64,000 bases of DNA, taken from an uncultured Actinomycetota bacterium. Lineage in GTDB: Bacteria; Actinomycetota; Actinomycetes; Streptosporangiales; Streptosporangiaceae. The stretch is taken from the NCBI GenBank assembly GCA_963846005.1, contig CAWJUH010000003.1, positions 803,992 to 867,991 of the forward strand, written 5' to 3'. The position numbers were made by a program, and so were the translations under genes. Below are positions 49,015-59,350 of this stretch, in pieces. The notes beneath the pieces were generated by a model, which searched no databases, was not told the origin of the DNA, and saw nothing but the letters and a program-made list of their open reading frames with translations. How positions within the stretch are numbered: position 1 is the stretch's first letter; each line of letters begins with the position of its first letter.

Positions 49015-49928
49015 TCCCCGTCCTGGCCCGCACCAGGACCGGGCTGAGCGCCGTGCGCGCCGCCGCGCCGCACCCGGTGGTGCTGGTGCCCACCATGGGC
49101 GCCCTGCACGACGGCCACCGGGCCCTGCTCCGCCGGGCGGCCGGGCTGGCCGGGCCGGAGGGGTGCGTGCTCGCCTCGGTGTTCGTCAACCCGCTGCAGT
49201 TCGGCCCGGGCGAGGATTACGACCGCTACCCGCGCACCCTGGATGCCGACATCCGGCTGTGCGCCGCGGAGGGCGTGAGCGCCGTGTTCGCGCCCGCCCG
49301 GGAGCTGATGTACCCGGCCGAGCCGATGGTCACGGTCAGCCCGGGGCCGATGGGCCGGGTGCTGGAGGGCGCCAGCAGGCCGGGCTTCTTCGACGGCGTG
49401 CTGACCGTCGTGCTCAAGCTGTTCCAGCTGGTGCGCCCGGACATCGCCGTGTTCGGCGCCAAGGACGCCCAGCAGCTGGCGCTGATCCGGCGGATGACCG
49501 CCGACCTGGACCTCGGGGTGCGGATCGAGGCCGCCCCGGTCGTCCGGGACGGCGACGGGCTGGCCTCCTCCAGCCGGAACGCCTACCTGTCCGCCCCCGA
49601 GCGGGCCGCGGCGCTGGCGCTGCCCCGCGCGCTGCAGGCGGGGGCCGCCGCCGCGGCGCGGGGCGCGGACGCGGTCCGGGCCGCCGCCGCGGCCGTGCTC
49701 GCGGCCGCCGCCGCGGCGCAGCCGCCAGTCCGGCTGGACTACCTGGCCCTGGCCGATCCTGGCACCTTCGCCGAGGCCGGCCCGGGTTACGCCGGCCCCG
49801 CGCTGCTGCTGGCGGCGGTCCGGGTCGGGACCACCCGGCTGATCGACAACGCCGAGCTCGTGCTGGCGGCCGGCCCCGGCCGCGAGGGTCATCCCGCCCA
49901 GCTGGAGAGCCATGCTGCTAGCGATTGA
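49011..49928 (+). CDS. panC: Pantoate--beta-alanine ligase
   Basis: [12 protein letters not shown] (HIGH-like) motif. Confidence 0.85.
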   Translation: MIPVLARTRTGLSAVRAAAPHPVVLVPTMGALHDGHRALLRRAAGLAGPEGCVLASVFVNPLQFGPGEDYDRYPRTLDADIRLCAAEGVSAVFAPARELMYPAEPMVTVSPGPMGRVLEGASRPGFFDGVLTVVLKLFQLVRPDIAVFGAKDAQQLALIRRMTADLDLGVRIEAAPVVRDGDGLASSSRNAYLSAPERAAALALPRALQAGAAAAARGADAVRAAAAAVLAAAAAAQPPVRLDYLALADPGTFAEAGPGYAGPALLLAAVRVGTTRLIDNAELVLAAGPGREGHPAQLESHAASD

Positions 49929-50745
49929 CGTCGGCAACACCAACACCGTGCTCGGCGTCTTCGACGGCGCCGAGATCATCGAGCACTGGCGGATCGCCAC
50001 TGACCCGGACCGCACCGCGGACGAGCTGGCGGTGGTGCTGCGCGGGCTGCTCACCCGCAGCGTGATCGGCGCCGAGTCGGCGATCACCGGCGTGGCGCTG
50101 TGCTCGACCGTGCCGTCGGTGCTGCACGAGATGCGGGAGATGTTCCGCCGCTACTTCGACGATGTCCCCGCGGTCATCGTGGAGCCGGGCACCAAGACCG
50201 GCGTGCCGGTCCGCTATGACAATCCCAAGGAGGTCGGCAGCGACCGGATCACCAACGCCGCCGCGGCGGTGCACCTGTACGGCGGCCCGGCGATCGTGGT
50301 CGACTTCGGCACCTCCACCAACTTCGACGCGGTCAGCCTGCGCGGCGAGTTCGTCGGCGGCGCGCTCGCGCCGGGCATCGAGATCTCGGTGGACGCGCTG
50401 TCCCGGCGGGCGGCGCAGCTGCTGAAGGTGGAGCTGGCCCGCCCCGCCCGGGTCATCGGCAAGACCACGGTGGAAGCCCTGCAGTCCGGGATCATCTTCG
50501 GCTTCGCCGGGCAGGTCGAGGGCATCGTCACCAGGATGGCCGGCGAGCTGGCCCCCGGCGACCCGGACTCGGTCACGATCATTGCCACCGGCGGGCTGGC
50601 CCCGCTGATCATCGACGAGGTGCGGGTCATCGACGCCTACGAGCCCTGGCTGACCCTGATCGGGCTGCGGCTGATCTACCAGCGCAACACCGCCCGCCCG
50701 GCGGCCGCGCAAACCCAGGTGCCCGGCCATCCGGCCGCCCGGTAA
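49912..50745 (+). CDS. coaX: Type III pantothenate kinase
   Basis: [17 protein letters not shown]. Confidence 0.85.
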   Translation: MLLAIDVGNTNTVLGVFDGAEIIEHWRIATDPDRTADELAVVLRGLLTRSVIGAESAITGVALCSTVPSVLHEMREMFRRYFDDVPAVIVEPGTKTGVPVRYDNPKEVGSDRITNAAAAVHLYGGPAIVVDFGTSTNFDAVSLRGEFVGGALAPGIEISVDALSRRAAQLLKVELARPARVIGKTTVEALQSGIIFGFAGQVEGIVTRMAGELAPGDPDSVTIIATGGLAPLIIDEVRVIDAYEPWLTLIGLRLIYQRNTARPAAAQTQVPGHPAAR

Positions 50746-50755
50746 TCTCGGGCAG

Positions 50756-52240
50756 ATGACCGACGAAGCCGGCGTTCCCGAGCAGATGCAGGTGCGGCTG
50801 GACAAGGCCGCGCGGCTGCGGGCGGAGGGAACCGAGCCCTACCCGGTCGGCTACCCGCGCACCGGCACGGTCGCCGAGATCCGCGCGCGCTACCCGGGCC
50901 TGCCCGCGGACGCGCGCACTGGCGAGCAGGTGGGCGTGGCCGGGCGGGTCATGCTGTACCGCAACGGCGGCAAGCTGTGCTTCGCCACCCTCAAGGACGG
51001 CACCGGCGAGATCCAGGTCATGATCTCGCTGGACCGGGTCGGTCCGGACGCCCTCGCCGCCTGGAAGCGGGACATCGACCTGTGGGACCACGTCGGCGTC
51101 ACCGGTGAGGTCATCGCGTCCCGCCGCGGCGAGCTGTCGGTGCTGGCCGACTCGTTCGCGCTCACCGCCAAGGCGCTGCGGCCGCCGCCGGAGAAGCACA
51201 AGGGCCTGGCCGGCGCCGAGGCCCGGATGCGGCAGCGCTACGCCGACCTGATCGTCAACCCGCAGGCCCGGCAGATGGCCGAGCTGCGCGCCGCGGTAAC
51301 CCGCGCCATCCGGGAGGAGCTGCACGACCAGGGCTACCTGGAGGCCGAGACGCCGGTGCTGCAGACCCTGCACGGCGGGGCCAACGCGCGGCCGTTCGTC
51401 TCCCACATCAACGCCTACGACCTCGACCTCTACCTGCGCATCGCGCTGGAGCTCTACCTCAAGCGGCTGGTCGTCGGCGGGATCGAGCGGGTCTACGAGA
51501 TCGGCCGGATCTTCCGCAACGAGGGCGCCGACGCCACCCACAACCCCGAGTTCACCATGCTGGAGGCCTACCAGGCCTACGGCGACTACCACACCATGGC
51601 CGAGCTGACCCAGGAGCTGGTCCAGGCCAGCGCCCGGGCCGGCCTCGGCGGGACCGTCGTGCGGCGGCCGGACGGCACCGAGGCCGACATCGGCGGGCAG
51701 TGGCCGCGGCGCACCGTGTACGGGGCGCTGTCGGAGGCCGCAGGCGAGGAGATCACCCCGGACACCGAGCCGGAGGTGCTGCGCAAGCTCGCTGCGCACC
51801 AGGCGATCGAGCTGCAGCCGGGCTGGAACACCGCCCAGGTGGTGCTGGAGCTGTATGAGCACCTGGTCGAGGCGCGCACCGTCGAGCCCACGTTCTACCT
51901 GGACTTCCCGGTGCAGGTCGCGCCGCTGACCCGGCAGCACCGGCAGGACCCGCGGCTGGCCGAGAAGTGGGACCTGGTGGCCTTCGGCGCCGAGATCGCC
52001 ACCGCCTACTCCGAGCTGGTGGACCCGGTCGAGCAGCGGCGGCGGCTGACCGAGCAGTCCCTGCTGGCCGCGGGCGGCGACCCGGAGGCCATGCAGCTGG
52101 ACGAGGACTTCCTCCGCGCGCTGGAGTACGGGATGCCGCCGAGCGGCGGGATGGGCATGGGCATCGACCGGCTGCTCATCATGCTGACCGGCGCCAGCAT
52201 CCGGGAAACAGTGCTGTTCCCGCTGGTCAAGCCGGTCTGA
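50756..52240 (+). CDS. lysS: Lysine--tRNA ligase (class II)
   Basis: OB-fold N-terminus and class II motifs (FRNEG...). Confidence 0.9.
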   Translation: MTDEAGVPEQMQVRLDKAARLRAEGTEPYPVGYPRTGTVAEIRARYPGLPADARTGEQVGVAGRVMLYRNGGKLCFATLKDGTGEIQVMISLDRVGPDALAAWKRDIDLWDHVGVTGEVIASRRGELSVLADSFALTAKALRPPPEKHKGLAGAEARMRQRYADLIVNPQARQMAELRAAVTRAIREELHDQGYLEAETPVLQTLHGGANARPFVSHINAYDLDLYLRIALELYLKRLVVGGIERVYEIGRIFRNEGADATHNPEFTMLEAYQAYGDYHTMAELTQELVQASARAGLGGTVVRRPDGTEADIGGQWPRRTVYGALSEAAGEEITPDTEPEVLRKLAAHQAIELQPGWNTAQVVLELYEHLVEARTVEPTFYLDFPVQVAPLTRQHRQDPRLAEKWDLVAFGAEIATAYSELVDPVEQRRRLTEQSLLAAGGDPEAMQLDEDFLRALEYGMPPSGGMGMGIDRLLIMLTGASIRETVLFPLVKPV

Positions 52241-52264
52241 CCGGCCGGGGGGCCCGGCGCGTGG

Positions 52265-53236
52265 TCAGCCGACGATGCGGACGGCGCCGTCGAACGCGTT
52301 CCAGTAGATCGGCTGGATCTGCACCGGCTGGCCGTAGGTCGGCGCGTCCACCATCAGGCCCTTGCCGACGTACAGGCCCACATGGTCGAGGCCGAAGAAG
52401 AAGAGCAGGTCGCCGGGCTGCAGCTGGCTGCGCGGGATGTGCTCGCCCTCGTTCCACTGGTCGCCGGTGTAGTGCTCCAGGCTGATGCCCACCTGGGCGT
52501 ATGACCACATCACCAGGCCCGAGCAGTCGAAATCATCCGGGCCCGCGCCGCCCCACACGTACGCGTCCCCGAGCCTGGTCAGCGCGTAGCGTAGCGCCTG
52601 CGCGCCGATCGAGCTGCCGGCCACCTTGATGTCCGGGTAGACGTGCGTGCGCTGGTAGATCGCCAGCGCCTGGCTGAACGCGCTGGAGTTGAGTACCTTC
52701 TCCTTGGCCCGGATCTTGGCCACCTTGGTCTTGATGGCGGCCGCGAGCGTGACAGCCCGGCGGCCTTCCTGCGCCGCCGTCAGCTGGGCCCGGCGGGCCG
52801 CTGCCGCGGCCGCCTGCACGGCGAGCACCTTGGTGCCGTTCTGCTTCTGCAGCTGCATCATGAAGGCGGCCCGGTTCAGCATCGTCTGCGGGGCGCTGCT
52901 CTGCAGCAGCTGCAGGCTGGTGCTCACGCCGCCGTTCATGTAGCCCGCCGCCGCGACCTGGCCGACCGCGACCCGGCTGGTCGCGAGCAGCCGGGCGTCC
53001 CGGGCCGCGGTCTTGCGGGCGATCGCGATCTCCCGCCGGGACTGGGCCAGCTGGATCTTCAGCCCGTCGTACTGCTGGCCGAGGTGGTCGATCTCGTTGG
53101 AGAGCTTGTTGGCCTTGGCCAGGGTCTTGGCCAGCGTCGGGCCGGTCGCCGCCGCCGCCGGGGCCGCCGCCGCCGCGGGCACGGCCACGGCGGCCAGCCC
53201 GGCCGTTCCCGCCAGCACCGCCATCCGGTGCCACAT
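52265..53236 (-). CDS. NlpC/P60 (C40) family peptidoglycan endopeptidase with N-terminal coiled-coil
   Basis: Signal peptide; C-terminal DCSGLVMWSYAQ...H..LYVG. Confidence 0.75.
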   Translation of the reverse strand: MWHRMAVLAGTAGLAAVAVPAAAAAPAAAATGPTLAKTLAKANKLSNEIDHLGQQYDGLKIQLAQSRREIAIARKTAARDARLLATSRVAVGQVAAAGYMNGGVSTSLQLLQSSAPQTMLNRAAFMMQLQKQNGTKVLAVQAAAAAARRAQLTAAQEGRRAVTLAAAIKTKVAKIRAKEKVLNSSAFSQALAIYQRTHVYPDIKVAGSSIGAQALRYALTRLGDAYVWGGAGPDDFDCSGLVMWSYAQVGISLEHYTGDQWNEGEHIPRSQLQPGDLLFFFGLDHVGLYVGKGLMVDAPTYGQPVQIQPIYWNAFDGAVRIVG

Positions 53237-53344
53237 CCGCCGCGTCCTGGCCTGCGGCCGGGCGCGTCCGGCCCGGGGCGTCGCGAACCCGCCTGCTGGC
53301 AAGCGCTCCACCTGCTGGTCTCCTCTCCTTCGCCGCCTGCCGGG

Positions 53345-53475
53345 TTAGCTGACGGGTTCGGGCCGGAGGAGCCCTACGGCGGACCCCGCCCGGGGCCGGG
53401 CGGGGCCCGCCGATTCACCCCGGGGATACGGTGGGTCCCCGGCTCCCCGGGCGGCACCCGGAGATTCGGCGGCTA
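53345..53475 (-). ncRNA. Candidate c-di-AMP (ydaO-type) riboswitch in 5' leader of the NlpC/P60 gene
   Basis: Minus-strand RNA contains CGCCGAAUCUCC, GGGGAGCC, GGGGACCCACC and CCGGGGUGAAUCGG elements resembling the ydaO consensus; this class is commonly found upstream of cell-wall hydrolase genes in Actinobacteria. Confidence 0.3.
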
Positions 53476-53884
53476 GCTGCGTCCGCGCCGCCGTGACTGG
53501 CGGGACGGAGCTGACGGTGGTTACAGCGATGGACATTAATGCACCGCGAGGATGGCTGTCCGCGGACTGGAAAAGTTTTGCCATGGGGCCGGTAAGGACC
53601 GCGGGAACACTATGCCCCGGGCCGGCCCGCCGTTGTTGACTGGCCCCGGCATGGCTCGCGTCTGCGCAGCTCAGCGCGAGTCTGCTGGGCCGATATCGGC
53701 TATCCGTGATTGAGATGTGATGGGCGCCATATCGCTTAGCCGGGCTCGCCCGGCATTACGTGTTTGTGCGGTAACCCTGCGTTGGAGGCCGAATTGCCAG
53801 CGCGCCCGGCGTTTGCCATGCTGGCCTGATCACCGCCGGGGCCCCGCTCCGGCCGCGGCGAGCGAGCGCAAGGACAGCCAGATC

Positions 53885-54388
53885 ATGAACTACGCGGTGC
53901 GCCGCGCGCGGACCCCCGACGTGCCCGCGATCCGCGGCCTCATCGACGCCAACGCGGCGTCCGGCCGCTTGCTCGACAAGCCCACCGTGGCGCTGTACGA
54001 GGACATCCAGGAATTCTGGGTGTGCAGCGAGGAGCCGGGCGGCGAGGTGGTCGGCTGCGGCGCGCTGCATGTCATGTGGGAGGACCTCGCGGAGATCCGC
54101 ACGATCGCGGTGCACGACAAGCACCAGGGCCTCGGCGCGGGCCAGTCGCTGGTGACCGCGCTGCTGACGGTGGCCAGGGAGATCGGGGTCAGCCGGGTGT
54201 TCGTCCTGACGTTCGCGGTGGAGTTTTTCGCCCGGCACGGGTTCGAGGAGATCACCGGCGACGCTGCCGCCCCGGAGGTGTACGCCGAGCTGCTGCGCAG
54301 TTACGACGAGGGAGTGGCAGAGTTCCTGGACCTGGACCGGGTCAAGCCCAACACCCTGGGCAATACCCGGATGCTGCTGCGGCTGTAA
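53885..54388 (+). CDS. GNAT-family N-acetyltransferase (ArgA-like short form)
   Basis: IAVHDKHQGLGAGQSLV acetyl-CoA motif. Confidence 0.65.
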   Translation: MNYAVRRARTPDVPAIRGLIDANAASGRLLDKPTVALYEDIQEFWVCSEEPGGEVVGCGALHVMWEDLAEIRTIAVHDKHQGLGAGQSLVTALLTVAREIGVSRVFVLTFAVEFFARHGFEEITGDAAAPEVYAELLRSYDEGVAEFLDLDRVKPNTLGNTRMLLRL

Positions 54389-54419
54389 CCAGCCGGGCGG
54401 GTCGCAGCAGAATGGGCCA

Positions 54420-55316
54420 GTGATCTACCGGTTCACGGTCGGGCGTCTCAGCTGCGCGGTAATCAGCGACGGCCAGATGACGCCGCCCTGGGAACCCCCG
54501 CTCGCGGAGTTCTTCACTCCCGCGGCGGGGGTGCCTCACCTGGAGCTGCACGCCGCGCTGGCGGCAGAGGGCCGGGCCAGGACCACGCTGTCCTGCGGCT
54601 ACAACTGCGTGCTCGTGCAGACCGGCGATGGCCACGCCGTCATCGACACCGGGCTTGGCGCCCGTTTCCTCGGCTACGGCCCGGCTATCGAGCCGCTGGT
54701 CGGCCGGCTCGGCGACAGGCTCGCAGCAGCCGGGGCGCCAGCCGCCGAACTGGCCGCGGTGGTGTTCACCCACCTGCATCAGGACCACTGCCGTGGCGCG
54801 ACCTGGTCAGGCGAGTTGACATTCCCCCGGGCGACCGGGTTCGCCCACGCGGCCGAGGTGGCCTTCTGGTCAGGTGCGCAGGCCGCGGGCACCGCGGCCG
54901 ATGAGCACCGGGCGGCGGCGCGCGAGGCGATCAGGCTCTTCGGCGGCCGGCTGCGCCCGTTCGGCTACGACGCCGAGATCCTCCCCGGCGTCCACATCGT
55001 CGACGCCGCCGGTCACACTCCAGGGCATTCCGCGGTCCTGCTGGAAAGCGATGGCGACCGGCTGCTCTGCGCCGGCGACCTCTTCTATGATCAGCTGCAG
55101 CTGAGCCACCCCGGTGGGGTACCCCGTGGGATCACGACACCGCCCGGGCGGTGCGCGCCCGCCGCAGAGTGCTCGACCGCGCGGCCCGCGAGCGCCTCCT
55201 GGTCCACGCCTACCACATGCCCTTCCCGGGCCTCGGCACGATCACCACGCACGGCCGCGGCTACCGATGGCAACCGCTACGACCCGATGAACCGCCGCCC
55301 GCTCCCGGCCGCTAAC
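54420..55316 (+). pseudogene. MBL-fold metallo-hydrolase (AHL-lactonase-like) with apparent frameshift near 55120
   Basis: THLHQDH motif; the C-terminal segment HAYHMPFPGLGTI appears only in the +1 frame. Confidence 0.5.
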
Positions 55317-55344
55317 GGCGCCGGCGCGAATCGATGAAGGAAAG

Positions 55345-58300
55345 TCAGAGGAGCCGGAGCTGGCGCTGTGCCGGACGGCGCGGGCGCGGCGGCTGCGGCC
55401 GGGCCAGCAGGCCTGGCTCGACGGCGGCCAGGAACGGCGACGGGCCGCCGTCGCGTGCCGCGCCCCACCGGGCGCGCTGGCTGGCGCAGGTCAGCAGCAG
55501 CCGGGTCCTGGCCCTGGTCATCCCGACGAACAGCAGCCGGCGCTCGGCCGCCAGGTCCTCGGCCGTGAGCGGCGATCCGGGCCGCCGCAGCGGCAGCAGC
55601 CCGGACTCGCAGCCCGCCAGGAACACCACCTCGAACTCCAGGCCCTTGGCGGCGTGCAGGGTCAGCAGCGTGATCGCATCCGCGCGCGGGTCGAGGGCAT
55701 CGGCCTCGGCGCCGAGCGCGATCTCGGTGCAGAACTGGTCCAGGTCGGTGCCGCAGCGCCGGGCCAGCGGGGCCAGCAGCTCGCCGGCCGTGCGGTAGCC
55801 GACAGCGGCCCCGGTGATCCCCGGCGCCGCGCCCGCGGGCGCGGGGGCCAGGGCCGCCAGCCGCCGCACCGCGGCGGCCAGCCGCGCCGCTACCTGTCCG
55901 GCCGGTTCCGGGCCGGCCAGCTGCATCTCCCGGACGAGCTGCGCGACCGCGGGGCGCCGGGTCAGCCGGTCGTGCGAGCCCTTGCGGGCGGGCAGCCCGG
56001 CCCGGTCCAGGGCCTGCAGCAGCGCGGCGGCCTGCGCGTCGGTCCGGTACAGGATCGCGACGTCGGCCAGGCTGAGCCCCTCGTGCCCGTCCGGTCCGGC
56101 CCGGCCGGTGTCGAGGGCGTGGAAGGTGGCGCCGCCGAGCAGCTGGTCGATCGTGCGGGCGATCCACTCTGCCTCGGCCTGCTCGTCCGCGGCCTGGTGC
56201 AGGACCAGTTCGGGGCCGGGGCCGGCCACCGCCCGCAGCTTCCGCCCCGGCACCAGGGTGGCCGGGCCGATCAGCTGCCCGGCCGCGCGCACGACCTGCG
56301 GGCTGGACCGGTAGCTGCGGGTCAGCTGCTGGGTGCGGGCACCGGGGTAGTCGGTGCCGAAGGCCAGGAAGAACCGCACATCGGCCCCGCGGAAGCCGTA
56401 GATGGCCTGATCCGGGTCGCCGATCGCGGTCAGCCCGCGCCCGTCGGCGGCCAGCAGCCGCAGCAGCCGGTACTGGGCGGCGTCGATGTCCTGGTACTCG
56501 TCCACGCTGATGCGGGTCCAGCGCGCCGCCAGCCCGGCCGCGAGTGCCGGATCCCGCTCCAGCAGCGCGGCCGGGCGCTCGATCAGCTCGTCGAAGCCGA
56601 CCAGGTTCCGGGCGGCCAGCGCCGCCGTCAGCTGGGCGCGGGCGGCCGGATCGGTGCCGGCCGCCGCGATGAGCTGCTGCCCGGCCCGCTGCGATCCGGT
56701 CAGCCCGGCCGCCGCCGCGAGCGTCTCGGCGTCCCCCGCGACCCCGAAGTCCGGCGGCAGCCCGGCCCGCTCGTGCTGCTCGCGCAAGATCGCCAGGCCC
56801 AGGCCGTGGAAGGTGGTGACGGTGACGCGGCCCGCCGGGCCGGGCAGCAGCGCCGCCAGCCGCTCGCGCAGCTCGCCGGCCGCCCGCCGGGTGAAGGTCA
56901 GCGCCAGGCAGGCCTCCGGCGCTGCCGCCCGGCTACGGATCTGGCGGGCGATCCGGTAGGCCAGGGTCCTGGTCTTGCCGGTCCCGGGCCCGGCAATGAT
57001 CATCAACGGTCCCGGCTGCCGGGCCGCGGCCCGCTGCTCGGCGTCCAGCCCGGCCAGCAGCGGGTCTGCCGCCTCGGGCCGCCCGGCGCCGGCGGGATCC
57101 GGCGCGGCCGCGGTCTCCCGGGCTCCGGCCGGACTGGCGGCAGCGGGCGCGGCAGCGGTCGGTGCCCCGGCCGGGACGGCGGCCGCCGGGCCGGGAGCGG
57201 GCGAGCCGTCTGCGGCGGGCGGTCCGGCCTGGTCCGCGGGCGCGCGCGGCGGCGGGATCGAGGGCGCGCGGCCGGCGGCCGTGACCGCGGGTTCCGGGCC
57301 GTCCGGCGGCTTCGGGCCGGGCGGCGGGCTCAGGTCGAACAGCGCCGCCGCCTGGCCGAGTTCGGCCGGGTCGAACAGGGACACAGTCCCGTACTCGCCG
57401 TCGTAGCCGGCTTCCCGGCGCACCTCGTCCCGCCGCAGCCGGGCGATCCCCTCGGCCAGCAGGCTGCCGCCGGCCCGGGCGATGTCCGCCAGCGGCGCTT
57501 CGGTGAGGATGCCGAGTTCCGGTCCGAGCGCGGCCACGATCCGGTCCGCCTGGCGGGTCACCTTCTTGCTGCCCCGGCCGGTGCCGGTGATCTCCGCGAG
57601 CACCTGCGGCAGCGAGATCAGGTTTGTGAAGCCGGGAGCCCCGGCCGGCCGGTATCCCGGCTCCCGGTCCGCGAGGTCGGCGACCCGGTGCAGGACCCCG
57701 ATCGTGAGCGGTTTTCCGCACTCCGGGCAGCTTCCCGAGTGTGCCGCGCTCTGTTGCGGCGCAAAGCGCACGCCGCATTTACGATGCCCGTCTAGGTGAT
57801 ACTTGCCTTCTTCCGGATAGAACTCGATCGTCCCGGCTAGCCCGTCGCCGGTCCGCAGCGCGCCGGCTATAGCGAAGTAATCAAGGTCGGTCGCGAACGA
57901 AGTTGCCTCCCGGCCCAGCATCGGCGGAGAATGGGCGTCTGAGTTGCTCATCAGCCGATACCGGTCGAGCGAAGAGCACATCCAGTTCATCGCCGGGTCG
58001 GAGGACAGTCCGGTCTCGATCGCGAATACATGCTCGGCAAGATCGCCGTAACACTCCGCTACTGTATCGAAACCGGATTTAGATCCCAGCACCGCGAACC
58101 AGGGCGTCCAGGCGTGCGCGGGAACCAGATAGCAGCCAGGTCCGCCCTCGAGCGTGATCTCCAGTAGATGCCGCGAGTCAAGGCCAAGAATGGGCCGGCC
58201 GTCGGACGCGAGATTACCGATCTTGGCGAGCGCGGCGGTGATGTGCTCGGCGGCGGCGAACGACGGGGCAAATATCAGATGGTGGACTTTCCTGGTGCGC

Positions 58301-58602
58301 TCGCCCGCCCGGTAGATCGTGGAAATCTCCGCGGACAGCATGAACCTCACCGGCCCGTCGCAGCTGCCCGGCGTGGTCTGGCGCAGCCGGGCCGCGGGCC
58401 CGGGCCGGAGCTTGAATAAGCCGGGCTCGGCGGGCTCGAGCATGTCCCGCAGTTCGGCGAACCAGGCCGGGTGGGTGAAATCTCCCGTGCCGACCACGCA
58501 GATGCCCTTGCGCGCCGCCCACCAGGCGAGGTGCTCGATATCGCAGTCACGGCTGCAGGCGCGCGAGAACTTCGAGTGGATATGCAGGTCGGCTTGGAAC
58601 AT
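55345..58602 (-). CDS. PHP-domain / UvrD-family helicase fusion protein
   Basis: N-terminal PHP (DLHIHSKFS); central UvrD Walker A IIAGPGTGKTRT; C-terminal helicase motifs; start chosen at MFQADLHIHS. Confidence 0.65.
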   Translation of the reverse strand: MFQADLHIHSKFSRACSRDCDIEHLAWWAARKGICVVGTGDFTHPAWFAELRDMLEPAEPGLFKLRPGPAARLRQTTPGSCDGPVRFMLSAEISTIYRAGERTRKVHHLIFAPSFAAAEHITAALAKIGNLASDGRPILGLDSRHLLEITLEGGPGCYLVPAHAWTPWFAVLGSKSGFDTVAECYGDLAEHVFAIETGLSSDPAMNWMCSSLDRYRLMSNSDAHSPPMLGREATSFATDLDYFAIAGALRTGDGLAGTIEFYPEEGKYHLDGHRKCGVRFAPQQSAAHSGSCPECGKPLTIGVLHRVADLADREPGYRPAGAPGFTNLISLPQVLAEITGTGRGSKKVTRQADRIVAALGPELGILTEAPLADIARAGGSLLAEGIARLRRDEVRREAGYDGEYGTVSLFDPAELGQAAALFDLSPPPGPKPPDGPEPAVTAAGRAPSIPPPRAPADQAGPPAADGSPAPGPAAAVPAGAPTAAAPAAASPAGARETAAAPDPAGAGRPEAADPLLAGLDAEQRAAARQPGPLMIIAGPGTGKTRTLAYRIARQIRSRAAAPEACLALTFTRRAAGELRERLAALLPGPAGRVTVTTFHGLGLAILREQHERAGLPPDFGVAGDAETLAAAAGLTGSQRAGQQLIAAAGTDPAARAQLTAALAARNLVGFDELIERPAALLERDPALAAGLAARWTRISVDEYQDIDAAQYRLLRLLAADGRGLTAIGDPDQAIYGFRGADVRFFLAFGTDYPGARTQQLTRSYRSSPQVVRAAGQLIGPATLVPGRKLRAVAGPGPELVLHQAADEQAEAEWIARTIDQLLGGATFHALDTGRAGPDGHEGLSLADVAILYRTDAQAAALLQALDRAGLPARKGSHDRLTRRPAVAQLVREMQLAGPEPAGQVAARLAAAVRRLAALAPAPAGAAPGITGAAVGYRTAGELLAPLARRCGTDLDQFCTEIALGAEADALDPRADAITLLTLHAAKGLEFEVVFLAGCESGLLPLRRPGSPLTAEDLAAERRLLFVGMTRARTRLLLTCASQRARWGAARDGGPSPFLAAVEPGLLARPQPPRPRRPAQRQLRLL

Positions 58603-58866
58603 GCGGTCGCGGTCCGTTCCGCCTCGCGAGTGAGCTTCAGGTAAAGGCTGCTGCGGCGCTCCGCGCTGGCCGCGGCCACGGGACAGCCGGTGACATGCGG
58701 AGCACTGGAACTGCAGGCGCCGCAGGGCCCGGCAGCAGCCCAATCCTGTCACGCAGGCCGGACAGCGCGTGCCCTGACGGCGCCGCCGCAGTGCCGCGCC
58801 CCGAGCTGACCGGGCCGCTGAGCGGCTACCCGCCTCATGACGAGGGGCACCCACGAAGGGTCCGCA

Positions 58867-58922
58867 CCCCATGAATGTGACATTGCAGGTCACCTATGAC
58901 CGTGAATGTCACATTCATGGGG
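58867..58922. promoter_or_regulatory. 56-bp near-perfect palindrome (18-bp perfect arms) upstream of the PHP-UvrD gene
   Basis: ccccatgaatgtgacatt ...20 bp... aatgtcacattcatgggg. Confidence 0.5.
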
Positions 58923-59137
58923 GGAGACAACGCGGTGGCCGGGCCGCTGACCGGTCATTACCCGCACGGCCCGGAGGCCAGGATGGCTGGCGCGGCGGTC
59001 TGGCCTGGTGGCGGGCCGGCCCGGACGGCGGCGGGCCGCGGCCGGATGGCCGATGCTGCGCGGCCGGCATCGCTGGCCGTCCTCCCGGCCTGCATTGCCG
59101 GCTCTGCGCCCCGGCCTTAATCGCCGGCGTGGCCGCG

Positions 59138-59350
59138 GCCTGTATCGCCGGCCGTGCCCGCGGCTGGTGTCGCCGGCCGTCCGCCCGCGGCTGGTGTCGC
59201 CGGCCGTCCGCCCGCGGCTGGTGTCGCCGGCCGTCCGCCCGCGGCTGGTGTCGCCGGCCGTCCGCCCGCGGCTGGTGTCGCCGGCCGTCCGCCCGCGGCT
59301 GGTGTCGCCGGCCACCGGCCGCGGCTGGTGTCGCCGGCCAGCTGGCCGCG
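59138..59350. repeat. 27-bp tandem repeat array (5 perfect plus flanking degenerate copies)
   Basis: cggctggtgtcgccggccgtccgcccg repeated from 59161 to 59295, with degenerate copies on both sides. Confidence 0.85.

Noticed and set aside
58867-58922. Palindrome as a CRP (TGTGA-N6-TCACA) site, given crp is in the window
   Set aside because: TGTGA/TCACA elements are present, but the spacing (9 nt or more) does not fit the CRP consensus.
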